Assembly: GCA_050287085.1 (NCBI GenBank)
Contig: JBNKBE010000021.1
Location: 1,124 to 65,123 of the forward strand
Reading direction: 5' to 3'
Source of the DNA: Polyangiaceae bacterium
GTDB taxonomy: Bacteria; Myxococcota_A; Polyangia; Polyangiales; Polyangiaceae
DNA: 64,000 bases
Part shown: positions 8,964 to 17,765 of the stretch, in pieces
Layout: every line of letters begins with the position of its first letter
Position numbering within the stretch: the stretch's first letter is position 1
The notes under the pieces: model-generated
Databases searched by the model: none
What the model saw: the letters and a program-made list of their open reading frames with translations, nothing else
Told to the model about the DNA's origin: nothing
Position numbers and translations under genes: made by a program

Positions 8964-10539
8964 GCGTTCGCGCTTGCTTACGCGTTGGGCGCCTTCCGTT
9001 GTTGCTTTGACAGTGACGGCCCAGGCGCTGTTTTGGGGCTTCTACGCTATCGACTACTACCGCCCAGACTGGCAACCGCTGGCCGGAACCATGTTTGGCA
9101 GGTACATGGAGTTCGACGCCGTGATGCTCTCTGACGCGTTTGCGTCGTTGGCGGGGGTCATCGCTGCCATTTTTGGTATCGTGGTTACAGTCGTGAGCAT
9201 CATCGTTCAACTCACGGCCGATCGCTTTGCGGGCGTGACGCGCATGTTTCTGCGAGACCGGGTAAACTTGGTGGTCATTGGGTACTACATCGTCGCGTGC
9301 GTCTGCGGGGTGTGGCTCAGTCCCGCTCTGCGCCAACACGAGGTGCCGAAGACGGCGCTTCTGGGGATGCTGGTGATGACCACCTTTGGCCTCGTGCTCA
9401 TGGCTCCCTATTTCGGCTACGTGTTCTGGTTTCTGGAACCCATGAATATCGTCCAGCGCATTCGACAGCGCGCCCAGATGCTGTTGTTCGCCGGGAGCAG
9501 GAAGCGTGCTTCTCTGCTGCATGAGACCCAGCGCCAGGTCTTGCTGGCGGTGGAGGAGTTGACAGACATCGTACGGCATTCGATTGCCGACAAGGACAAG
9601 ATCGTAGCGAGCGGCGCTGTGGACGCGCTGAAAGATCTTGTCCTGCGCTACCTGGATGCCAAGCCGCAGGCGCAAGCGGACTGGTTTTCTGTCGGTCCGC
9701 GCATTGTGGACAATCCAGACTTCGTCGCTATGGACGCAGAGTCCCTGGCGGAGCTCGAGACGCGTCGAACCTGGTTCGAGTGGAAAGTGATGCGGCAGTA
9801 CCTAGGGCTCTACAACGAGGCGCTCGCGGGTCTTCGTGATATCAACTACCTAATAGCGATCGACACTCGCTACGTCGGCGAAGCGGCTCTGGACGGGCGC
9901 GACGAGGAGCTCAGTCGCTTGGTGCTCCGCTACATGAATTCCTACTTGCGGGCGACGCTCAATGCCGGCGACGTGCGCACGGCCTACAACGTCTTGAATC
10001 AATATCGCATGTACTGCGAGGCCATGCTGGAGCGTGGTGCGTCGGGCCTCGCATGTGAGGCTGCGCGCCATATGTGTTATTACGGTCACGTCAGTCTGGA
10101 GCAACGGCTGACCTTCGTGACTGAGACGGTGGCTTTTGATCTCGCCACGTTGTGCGAGCTGGCTCACGCGCGCGCAAGCGATGCTGAGGAGGCTCTGTTG
10201 GGACAGTTTCTGGACCTCGACCGGCCGCTACAAAACGAGGGTCAGGAGAAGGGACTACTCGGGGTGCGCAAGGCCCAAGCCAAGCTGGCGTGTTACTACT
10301 TAGCGTCGGGCGCGCTGGCGAATGCGCGGCGGATCGCCAGTGACATGGCCGACGAGCCCCCGGAGCGCCTGAGTGTCATTCGACGACAGTTGTCGCAGGT
10401 CACCAGCAAGGACTTCTGGGAGATCATCGATCGCGGCCGCAACTTTGACTTCATGGAGCCTGAGCTGCGAGGGCAGCTTGCGCGCTTCTTCGACGAGTTG
10501 GTGCCGTCGGCGCGCTCGGACGTCAGCCAGGCAACCTGA
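8950..10539 (+). CDS. Membrane protein of unknown function (N-terminal TM helices plus a large helical domain)
   Basis: About 4 hydrophobic helices in the first ~170 aa, then a ~350-aa soluble region. It overlaps the upstream methyltransferase stop by 14 nt. Confidence 0.5.
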   Translation: MSEFERSRLLTRWAPSVVALTVTAQALFWGFYAIDYYRPDWQPLAGTMFGRYMEFDAVMLSDAFASLAGVIAAIFGIVVTVVSIIVQLTADRFAGVTRMFLRDRVNLVVIGYYIVACVCGVWLSPALRQHEVPKTALLGMLVMTTFGLVLMAPYFGYVFWFLEPMNIVQRIRQRAQMLLFAGSRKRASLLHETQRQVLLAVEELTDIVRHSIADKDKIVASGAVDALKDLVLRYLDAKPQAQADWFSVGPRIVDNPDFVAMDAESLAELETRRTWFEWKVMRQYLGLYNEALAGLRDINYLIAIDTRYVGEAALDGRDEELSRLVLRYMNSYLRATLNAGDVRTAYNVLNQYRMYCEAMLERGASGLACEAARHMCYYGHVSLEQRLTFVTETVAFDLATLCELAHARASDAEEALLGQFLDLDRPLQNEGQEKGLLGVRKAQAKLACYYLASGALANARRIASDMADEPPERLSVIRRQLSQVTSKDFWEIIDRGRNFDFMEPELRGQLARFFDELVPSARSDVSQAT

Positions 10540-11197
10540 ACTGTTGCAGAGTGAGCCCTTCGAATGAGGTTATCTGGTGGTGGACGGTAGGTACCGCTGC
10601 CGGATCTACGAAGGGTGACCTTACGTGCGTCACCTGGGCGCCGGCAGCTAGCGCGGCCGTCACACCTGGAATGGAGTCTTCGAAGACCAAACAACGTTGT
10701 GGCGGCACACTCAGCCGTCGCGCGGCGGCCAGATAGATGTCGGGGGCGGGCTTGTGTTGTCCGCTCTCGGGGTCGTCGCCGCACAGCTTGTGTTCGAGGT
10801 TCTGCAAGATGGGGTGGGAACCCCACTTGAGCTCGCACAGACTGCGTTCACTGCTGGTGGCGACACAGAGCGGAATCGAATGGCGCTGAAGTTTCTGCAC
10901 CCAAGCCAATGCCCCGCCGATCGCTGGGCATTGGGCAAAGAGCTGGCGGAGGTGGACTTTGCGCTCTTCCAGAACCTGCTCTACGGGCAAAGCGAGTCCG
11001 GCCAGTTGGAGTAGGCAACGCGTGCTCTCGTAGGCGGACAGCCCCATCACCTGGGCCTTGTACTCGGAGCGGAAACTCGCGCCATGAGGCGCCAGGGTTC
11101 GCTCCAGAGCGAGGGAATAGAGGGGCTCGGTATCGAGCAGGACACCGTCGAGGTCGAAGATGACGGCACTCGGTGCTTCTGGAAGCGCGGCGGACAT
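10523..11197 (-). CDS. HAD-IA family hydrolase (phosphatase/beta-phosphoglucomutase-like)
   Basis: Motif I VIFDLDGVLLDT, motif II VATSS, motif IV FEDSIPG. The start was chosen at MSAALPE; the ORF extends to 11251. Confidence 0.75.
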   Translation of the reverse strand: MSAALPEAPSAVIFDLDGVLLDTEPLYSLALERTLAPHGASFRSEYKAQVMGLSAYESTRCLLQLAGLALPVEQVLEERKVHLRQLFAQCPAIGGALAWVQKLQRHSIPLCVATSSERSLCELKWGSHPILQNLEHKLCGDDPESGQHKPAPDIYLAAARRLSVPPQRCLVFEDSIPGVTAALAAGAQVTHVRSPFVDPAAVPTVHHQITSFEGLTLQQFRLPG

Positions 11198-11288
11198 GCC
11201 CCCCTGGAATATCACGTTCAACGTTTTGTCGATCTCTTTGTTGGCCCACATCGCGCCGAGCTGTCACACGACGATAGCCGCCTTGCAG

Positions 11289-12365
11289 ATGTTGTCCGTT
11301 ACTCCCTCCACCGCCGCCGGCACGCGCGTGCTGATGAACCTCGCTGCGGTGTTCATCGTATTCGCTGGGCTCAAGGCCGCGCAAGAGTTGCTCGTTCCGC
11401 TGGTGTTTGCGGGTCTGGTCACCATCCTGACGGCGCCTGGGGTGCTCTGGCTGCAGAGCAAGCGTGTTCCAGGGGGCGCGGCCGTGCTCATCGTGGTCTT
11501 TGCGGTGCTCGTGTTGCTTGGCGGGATAGGCACCCTCTTAGGAAGCTCCGTCAATGACTTCGTGGCGGCGGTGCCACGTTATCAGACACGTCTCAACACC
11601 CTGCTTGGCGACTACAGTCACTTCCTCGAGCGTTTTGGCGTCCCGGTTTCGACCCAGAGTCTTAGGCAGTGGGTCAATCCAGCCCGACTGATGAATCTCG
11701 CCGGACAGGTCGTGACCCAATTGGCGGCTATGTTGAGCGACACGGCCCTCATCGTCCTGACCGTGGTTTTCATGCTCCTGGAGGTGGCCACGTTGCCACA
11801 GAAGCTGCGTCGTGCCTTAGGGGATCCTGAGGCGGATCTGGCGGCGTACGCCTCGCTCTTGACGGAGGTGAAGCGTTACGTGGTCATCAAGACCTATGTC
11901 AGCGTAGCGACGGGCGTCTTCGTTGGGATCTTCCTAGGCCTGCTCGGCGTCGACTTTCCGATTCTATGGGCTGTGGTGGCGTGTCTGCTGAATTACGTGC
12001 CCAACATTGGATCGATCATCGCGTCCGTGCCGCCGCTGCTCATCTCGCTCATCCAGCTTGGGTGGCCGAGCACGATCGCCGTAGGGGGGATCTTCGTCGC
12101 GGTCAACACGGTGCTTGGCAACATCATTGAGCCTCGCCTCATGGGCAGGAAGCTGGGGTTGTCCGCGCTGGTGGTGTTTCTAAGCTTGATCTTTTGGGGC
12201 TGGTTATGGGGTTCGATGGGCATGTTGCTCAGCGTCCCGTTGACCATGATCGTCAAGATCTTGCTGGAGAACAGCCCGCAGTTCGGTCCGGCAGCAGTGC
12301 TCATGGACCATCAGCCGCTATCCCAACGACCAGGTCCGTCGGTACCACCCCTGCCGAAGATTTGA
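11289..12365 (+). CDS. AI-2E family transporter (PerM/UPF0118)
   Basis: About 8 TM helices and the family-typical LNYVPNIGSIIASVPP segment. The start was chosen at MLSVTP, which leaves a 91-nt divergent intergenic region. Confidence 0.8.
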   Translation: MLSVTPSTAAGTRVLMNLAAVFIVFAGLKAAQELLVPLVFAGLVTILTAPGVLWLQSKRVPGGAAVLIVVFAVLVLLGGIGTLLGSSVNDFVAAVPRYQTRLNTLLGDYSHFLERFGVPVSTQSLRQWVNPARLMNLAGQVVTQLAAMLSDTALIVLTVVFMLLEVATLPQKLRRALGDPEADLAAYASLLTEVKRYVVIKTYVSVATGVFVGIFLGLLGVDFPILWAVVACLLNYVPNIGSIIASVPPLLISLIQLGWPSTIAVGGIFVAVNTVLGNIIEPRLMGRKLGLSALVVFLSLIFWGWLWGSMGMLLSVPLTMIVKILLENSPQFGPAAVLMDHQPLSQRPGPSVPPLPKI

Positions 12366-12381
12366 GCGCAGAAGGTGGTGC

Positions 12382-12406
12382 TAGCGGATTGGTCGCAGAT
12401 CCGCTA
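12382..12406 (+). terminator. Hairpin downstream of the transporter gene (weak terminator candidate)
   Basis: tagcggat-N9-atccgcta, an 8-bp perfect stem 17 nt after the stop. There is no clear T tract. Confidence 0.3.
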
Positions 12407-12485
12407 TTAGCGGCTCCCGTTTGGCTTCTCCCTACGGCCGCATCGGGCGGCGGAAGACGCCGCGGAGCTTGGTGCTTCGTGACGC

Positions 12486-13433
12486 TTGGCAGCAGGAGCC
12501 GCGTTTAGAAAGCGAGCGCGCGTGGGAAAAAAGAGCAAGGGTTCGAAAGGCCAGGACGCGAAGGCTAGCGCTCGAAAGAAGAGCAGCCAGCGGCAGGGCA
12601 ACGCCACCAGCAAACGCAAAGGCGGAAAGGCACCGCTGACGCGCAGCACGGCCGATCGTCACGCGCTGTATCAGCTGAGCGTGCAGGACGCCGAGTTCGA
12701 ACTGGACTTCATCGATAAGCAGTTCCGCAAGAGCGTGGGGCGTCGACCCCTTACACTTCGAGAAGACTTCTGCGGCACCGCTCTTTTTTGCGGCGCCTGG
12801 GCGCAGAGTCGCGCCGACCGCAGCGCCGTGGGCATAGACCTTGACTCAGAGGTTTTGCAGTGGGGCAAGCAGCACAATCTCGAACCCCTCGGCGACAGCG
12901 CGCGCCGCGTTCAGCTCCTGCAGCAGGATGTGATGGACGCGGTGGAGGGACAGTTTGACGTCTGCGTCGCTTTCAACTTCAGCTATTGGTGTTTCAAGGA
13001 GCGAGCGGTGTTGCGCCGGTATTTTGAGGGCGTGCGCCGTTCGCTGGCGGCAGATGGGGTATTCTATCTCGATGCCTACGGCGGCTACGAGTCACACCAG
13101 CCCGATCTCGAGGAGCCGCGAAAGGTCAAGGGAGGCTTTACCTATATCTGGCATCAGGACAAAGTGGATCCGATCACGAACCATGTGGTCAATCACATCC
13201 ACTTCGAGTTCAAGGACAAGACGCGCTGGCGAAACGCTTTCACGTATGAGTGGCGGTTCTGGTCACTGCCGGAGATTCGTGAGCTGCTCGAGGAAGCCGG
13301 CTTCGTGGATGTCACCATCTACTGGGATGTCGCCGGTGAAGACGATGACGCCTCGTACCGACCGCGCAAGAGCGCATCCAACTGGGCCGGATGGATTGCC
13401 TACATCAGTGCGCGCCCGGGGCCTCAGTCTTAG
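12486..13433 (+). CDS. Class I SAM-dependent methyltransferase with a Lys/Ser-rich basic N-terminal tail
   Basis: The core contains DFCGTALFCGAW...GIDLD (motif I-like) and FNFSYW. The first ~50 aa are KKSKGSKGQDAKASARKKSSQRQGNATSKRKGGK. The start is uncertain (GTG at 12522 is possible). Confidence 0.6.
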   Translation: MAAGAAFRKRARVGKKSKGSKGQDAKASARKKSSQRQGNATSKRKGGKAPLTRSTADRHALYQLSVQDAEFELDFIDKQFRKSVGRRPLTLREDFCGTALFCGAWAQSRADRSAVGIDLDSEVLQWGKQHNLEPLGDSARRVQLLQQDVMDAVEGQFDVCVAFNFSYWCFKERAVLRRYFEGVRRSLAADGVFYLDAYGGYESHQPDLEEPRKVKGGFTYIWHQDKVDPITNHVVNHIHFEFKDKTRWRNAFTYEWRFWSLPEIRELLEEAGFVDVTIYWDVAGEDDDASYRPRKSASNWAGWIAYISARPGPQS

Positions 13434-14671
13434 GCGGCGACGTAGCGGTGAGCGGAGTGAGCGAGGTCCGCTTCGCTGGGTGCAGCTCCGAGCAAGGCGG
13501 CCACCACCGCGGACCAGGTGGTCGACGACAACGCTCCCCCGAGCTCCGGGAGCGCCAGCACGACGGACGTCGGGGTGTGGCTGCCCACGCTCCGAGTGGT
13601 GAGGTAGATCCGACGCTCGGGCTGCTGGTCGCGCTTTGGGGGTTCACCCCCCTTGGGACTCTCGTCCGGCTCTTCCTCGACCGTGAGAGCCAAGGCTGCT
13701 TGCGCGCGTGTGTGTTCGCTGGCCACGGTCCACCCGGAGCTGGTCAGCAGTGCGGTGGCAAGAGCTGAGTGTTTGCCCTCAACGCTGATGGCCTGCTGTT
13801 GTGTCCGTGCGGCGGCGAGCCACTGCACTGCCTGCGCTAGCGGCGAAGCCTGATGGGTCGCCAGGGAGCTCAGTATTCGTCCGGCGGTTGCCATGTCGCG
13901 GACGGCAGGTGGCACCGCGGGTTTCGTCGCATAGGCGGTCAATACGTTCCCGTAGAAGGGGGGCGAGACGTGGGACGTGTCCTGCAGCCGCAGCAGGTTG
14001 TCGGCCGTGAAGTGCCGGGTTTCGAAGAAGGGGAAGTCGACGTAGTCGACCTGGAGCCCTTCATCCTCGAGCAGCCGCCGCAAGGACGCCTCGGAGAATA
14101 GGCTGATGTGGGTCTGATCGGAGAGCAGGCGGAAACGATCCCCGAAGCGACGAGCGCAGGCGCTGTCAAAGTCCGGGGTGCCGACCATCAGCGTGCCGCC
14201 GGGACGCAATACTCGATACATCTCCCGGACCAGACCCACTGGATCGGCCACGTGTTCGATGACGTGGTAGGCTACGACCACGTCGAAGTAGCCGTCGGCA
14301 TAGTGGGCGTCGTGGAGCGTTCCGCAGCGGACGGTTCCGTGCTGCCCTGCGTGACGCGCAGCGAATTGCGAGATCTCAACGCCGTGTTTCTCCCAGCGCG
14401 AGTCGATTCCCGAGAGCAGAAAGCCCAGTCCACAGCCGACGTCGAGCACCCGGCCCGGGTGCATCCGGTTGATGGCGTAGAGCTCCGCGCTGACGTCTTC
14501 CAGATAGCGGCTGCGTTCGAGACGCTGGTCTCGCGTGCGCCCGTCGGGGTCTACGACTCCGCAATAGTAGCCGCGTTCAAATGGATGGCGTTCGCTCGGG
14601 ACGGTGTGGCGCCGGCGAAAGTACGTTCGCTCATGAGGGGCGCGAGAAGCGGGCGGGTGGGGGGAAGTCAT
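13430..14671 (-). CDS. Class I SAM-dependent methyltransferase (Methyltransf_11/23-like) with an unknown C-terminal domain
   Basis: VLDVGCGLGFLLSG, FDVVVAYHVIEHVADP, LRPGGTLMV. The start at 14671 is preceded by GGAG 5 nt upstream; the ORF extends to 14728. Confidence 0.7.
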   Translation of the reverse strand: MTSPHPPASRAPHERTYFRRRHTVPSERHPFERGYYCGVVDPDGRTRDQRLERSRYLEDVSAELYAINRMHPGRVLDVGCGLGFLLSGIDSRWEKHGVEISQFAARHAGQHGTVRCGTLHDAHYADGYFDVVVAYHVIEHVADPVGLVREMYRVLRPGGTLMVGTPDFDSACARRFGDRFRLLSDQTHISLFSEASLRRLLEDEGLQVDYVDFPFFETRHFTADNLLRLQDTSHVSPPFYGNVLTAYATKPAVPPAVRDMATAGRILSSLATHQASPLAQAVQWLAAARTQQQAISVEGKHSALATALLTSSGWTVASEHTRAQAALALTVEEEPDESPKGGEPPKRDQQPERRIYLTTRSVGSHTPTSVVLALPELGGALSSTTWSAVVAALLGAAPSEADLAHSAHRYVAA

Positions 14672-14913
14672 GAGGGCTCCAGGGCTTGAGCGCAGCTTCC
14701 GATCGGCCTTTTCGGTAGCTGCTGTCACCGATCCCTCTCAGGATCGCTTCTTAGCTAGAGACGGCCGGCTCGCTGATCTCTTCAGGGAGAGGTGAGCTAT
14801 TATGGTTTACCGCGGTCCGGCTCCCTTGGGCGCTGTCGTCCGCAGGTCCCAGCAAGGAGGTCGCGGCTCGCTCGCTTGTGCTCGCGGCCGAGCTGCGCTA
14901 GGGAAGGACGCAA

Positions 14914-15864
14914 TTGACGAATGACGTGGTAGCATCGACCCCGGCAGGACGTCTTGCTCCGAGCCCGACCGGACTGCTCCATCTGGGGCATGCGCGCACT
15001 TTTCTGATCGCGTGGTGGTCGGTGCGCCAGCGGGGAGGTCGAGTGGTGTTGCGTCACGAAGATCTCGATCGCGAGCGAGCGCGTCCGGAATTCGAAGCCG
15101 CCGTGCGCCAGGACTTGGCATGGCTTGGGATCGACTGGGACGAGGAACGGCGCCAATCCGATGCGACGGGGCCTTTGGAGCTGGCTGCGCAGCGCCTACT
15201 CGACGCCGGGGCCGCTTTTCCGTGTGTCTGCTCTCGGGGTGATCTGCGCGCGACAGGTCCTGCAGCGAGCGCAGCGTCGGTTCTGAGTGCCCCGCATGGA
15301 GGTGCGGGGGCGCGCTATCCGGGGACGTGTCGCTCGCTCTACCGCTCGCGGGAAGAGGCACTCGCCTCTACGGGACGCACGGCGGCGCTGCGCTTCCGTG
15401 CGCATGGGGACATCGCTTTCCAGGACGGCTTTGCCGCCGAAGCACCTGTGCCGCAACCCGATGACGTAGTTGTCGTTCGCCGCGATGGCGCTATCGCCTA
15501 CCACTTGGCGGTTGTGGTCGATGACGCTCGCGATGGCATCACCGAGGTGGTACGCGGGGACGATCTGCTCAGCAGCACACCCCTGCACCTGGAGTTGCAG
15601 CGAGCGCTTGGGTGCCCAACACCGCAATACTATCACGTCCCCTTGGTGGTTGATGCGGAGGGTGTACGCCTTGCCAAACGTCATGCGGCGTTGAGTTTGA
15701 AAACGCTTCGCGAGCGTGGCGTCTCGGCCGCTGCGGTGGTCCGGGCGGTAGCCCAGAGCGCAAACCTAGCGCCGGCTCCGGGGGGTGTGGCGCCTGCCTA
15801 CCTCGGGGCTTTCAGTTTCTCGCGTCTACCCAAGACCCCCGTAGTTCTGAACGTGCCCGCATGA
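14914..15864 (+). CDS. gluQ: tRNA glutamyl-Q(34) synthetase (truncated GluRS paralog)
   Basis: RLAPSPTGLLHLGHARTFL (HIGH-type motif). The ~300-aa length lacks an anticodon-binding domain. VVRGDDLL and RLAKR (KMSKS-like) are present. Confidence 0.85.
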   Translation: MTNDVVASTPAGRLAPSPTGLLHLGHARTFLIAWWSVRQRGGRVVLRHEDLDRERARPEFEAAVRQDLAWLGIDWDEERRQSDATGPLELAAQRLLDAGAAFPCVCSRGDLRATGPAASAASVLSAPHGGAGARYPGTCRSLYRSREEALASTGRTAALRFRAHGDIAFQDGFAAEAPVPQPDDVVVVRRDGAIAYHLAVVVDDARDGITEVVRGDDLLSSTPLHLELQRALGCPTPQYYHVPLVVDAEGVRLAKRHAALSLKTLRERGVSAAAVVRAVAQSANLAPAPGGVAPAYLGAFSFSRLPKTPVVLNVPA

Positions 15865-16031
15865 TGGTCGCGGTAGAGCCGCGGGCCGAACGAAGTGGGT
15901 GCTGACGTCGCCGCGAGGCTTGCACGCTTCGCGCTCAGGCGTTACTCGCTGTACCCAGTAGCCGTCCGAGCTGCGCTCCGTTGGCTGCGTGTGATGCAGT
16001 TGGCAGCGCCGGGCCCTTCAAGAGCGACAGC

Positions 16032-16466
16032 ATGTATTACGCTTCCGTTGGTGTTAGTCTCCGTCAGACTCCCGTTGGGCGCGGGGTTTTCTCGCAGCGC
16101 AAGATCCGTAAGGGAGCGACCGTTGGTCGCATGAAGGGGACGGTGATCAGCCACGATGATTATGATCCCCACTACGTGGTGGATCTCGGGCGCCACGGCG
16201 TACTGGACCCCGGTCCCCCGTTTCGCTTCCTGAACCACTCGTGCGAGCCCAATGCGCAACTGGTGGAAGTGGATGACGAAGATGGCCCCCAGATCTACGT
16301 CGAGGCGCTTCGCACCATTCGCCCTGGGGACCAAATCACCATCGACTACGCTTGGTCCGCGGAGCCCGACGCGCTGCGCTGCGGATGCGGCGCGGCCGGT
16401 TGTCGCGGCTGGGTCGTAGACGCGCGGCAGGTGGCGCGTCTCAAGCGCATGCTGAAGGTGCGCTAA
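16032..16466 (+). CDS. SET-domain protein (putative lysine methyltransferase)
   Basis: GRGVFS...I.KG, NHSCEPNA, ITIDY, and a post-SET Cys cluster CGCGAAGCRGW. Confidence 0.8.
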   Translation: MYYASVGVSLRQTPVGRGVFSQRKIRKGATVGRMKGTVISHDDYDPHYVVDLGRHGVLDPGPPFRFLNHSCEPNAQLVEVDDEDGPQIYVEALRTIRPGDQITIDYAWSAEPDALRCGCGAAGCRGWVVDARQVARLKRMLKVR

Positions 16467-16484
16467 GGTCGAGCCGGGCGCACC

Positions 16485-17714
16485 GTGGGCACACTGTGGC
16501 AGCACCGTGGGCACACCGTGGCCGCGTCTCTTTTTTTGCGCCTGAAGCTCAACCCCTTTCAGGATGGTCCGTTCATCGGTGTGGACACCTTGTCCCGCGC
16601 CGGTGTGGGTACCTATCTACCTCCTGCTCACTCCGGCGCGTCCTTTTCGGGGGAGCTCGCTATCGCCTTCTTTCGACCGCTCAATTCGAGTTGTCCGCCC
16701 GCTTCCAGCGCAGCGGTGAGCGACCACGGAGAGGCGCGGCAGGCGGCGCGAACGCTGTCAGCCATTCTGCGCGTCTTCGGCGACAACGCGGTCGACGACA
16801 CGCCAGCGGGGGCTCGAGAGCTAGCTCGCAGCTGCGCGCGTTGGGCTGACCGGGTTGCCACGTGGGCTCCACCCCTCCGCGGCGCCCTGCGCGGCGCTGA
16901 CGTCTCCGCTTCGCTGCCGCGTCATGGCGAGGTGCTCGCGTTCTTTGCGGCGGCGCGCCAAGCGGAGACGGCGCGGGTTATCACCGTCCGGGCCGCGTTC
17001 GAGCACTGCGTGCGCTTCTTCTCGCGCCTGATATTGGACGCCATGCGACAGGCGGGCAAACGCGACGAAGCGCTGATGGTACAGCTCGAACTGCTGCGGC
17101 AGGCGCTGCAGCGGGGGGCTCATGAACGGGTGCTGGATTCGGCGCAGCGTCTGGCTGCCGCTGCCAGCGAGTACTTGCAACCGACGGAATCCTCAAGTTC
17201 GCGCGCCCTCGAGCTGCTGCAGGCCCGGCTCTTGGATTTGGACCAACAAGGTGTGTTGTTGGGAGGCGCAGGTCCCCTCGACCCTACGACAGGGCTGTGC
17301 CTGCCCGATGATCTGCGCCGGCACCTGGAGTTCATCTCGGGATTGCGCGGGGCTGTTGCACGCAAACCGACGCTCTATCTCGTGGAGCTACAGGCGGCCG
17401 CGGCCGCGGGCAGCGTGGAAGGAGAGGCCGTTGCGCTCGAGATGGCGGAGGGACTATTGCGGGTCTTCATTTCTGCCGATCACTACCTCGCCCGCGTCGA
17501 TACGTTTCGAGTGGCCGCTGTATCGCTCGACTTGGGCACGTCATCGGTCGAACGCTTGTTGCTCGCCGCTCACCAGGCCGTGACCGACCTGCGGGGGGGC
17601 GCTGTTAGAGCGGTCGCCAGCCCGAATCGTTCAAAGAGCGCCGCGGACGAGTGGTGGGGGCAGCTCACGCGGGAACTGGAGGCGTGTCCCTGGGGCGAGC
17701 GGCACGTCGTATAG
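16485..17714 (+). CDS. Hypothetical protein with a degenerate GGDEF-like C-terminal domain
   Basis: The C-terminal ~150 aa follow the GGDEF-domain pattern (TGLCLPDDLRRHL...PTLYLVELQ...EGLLRVF...DHYLARVDTFRVAAV...), but the GG(D/E)EF signature is replaced by VDTFR. The start is uncertain because direct repeats and a T7 tract overlap the 5' end. Confidence 0.45.
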   Translation: MGTLWQHRGHTVAASLFLRLKLNPFQDGPFIGVDTLSRAGVGTYLPPAHSGASFSGELAIAFFRPLNSSCPPASSAAVSDHGEARQAARTLSAILRVFGDNAVDDTPAGARELARSCARWADRVATWAPPLRGALRGADVSASLPRHGEVLAFFAAARQAETARVITVRAAFEHCVRFFSRLILDAMRQAGKRDEALMVQLELLRQALQRGAHERVLDSAQRLAAAASEYLQPTESSSSRALELLQARLLDLDQQGVLLGGAGPLDPTTGLCLPDDLRRHLEFISGLRGAVARKPTLYLVELQAAAAAGSVEGEAVALEMAEGLLRVFISADHYLARVDTFRVAAVSLDLGTSSVERLLLAAHQAVTDLRGGAVRAVASPNRSKSAADEWWGQLTRELEACPWGERHVV

Positions 17715-17765
17715 GGCCAAGAGCCCGCGGCGTTCTCGACCGACTGCCTTTGCCATCTGCGGGCC

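Noticed and set aside
8689-9675. 328-aa minus-strand ORF
   Set aside because: It is antisense to the 8950-10539 membrane-protein gene and the end of the RNA methyltransferase gene. The composition is His/Arg/Gln-rich and low-complexity, and no motifs were found.
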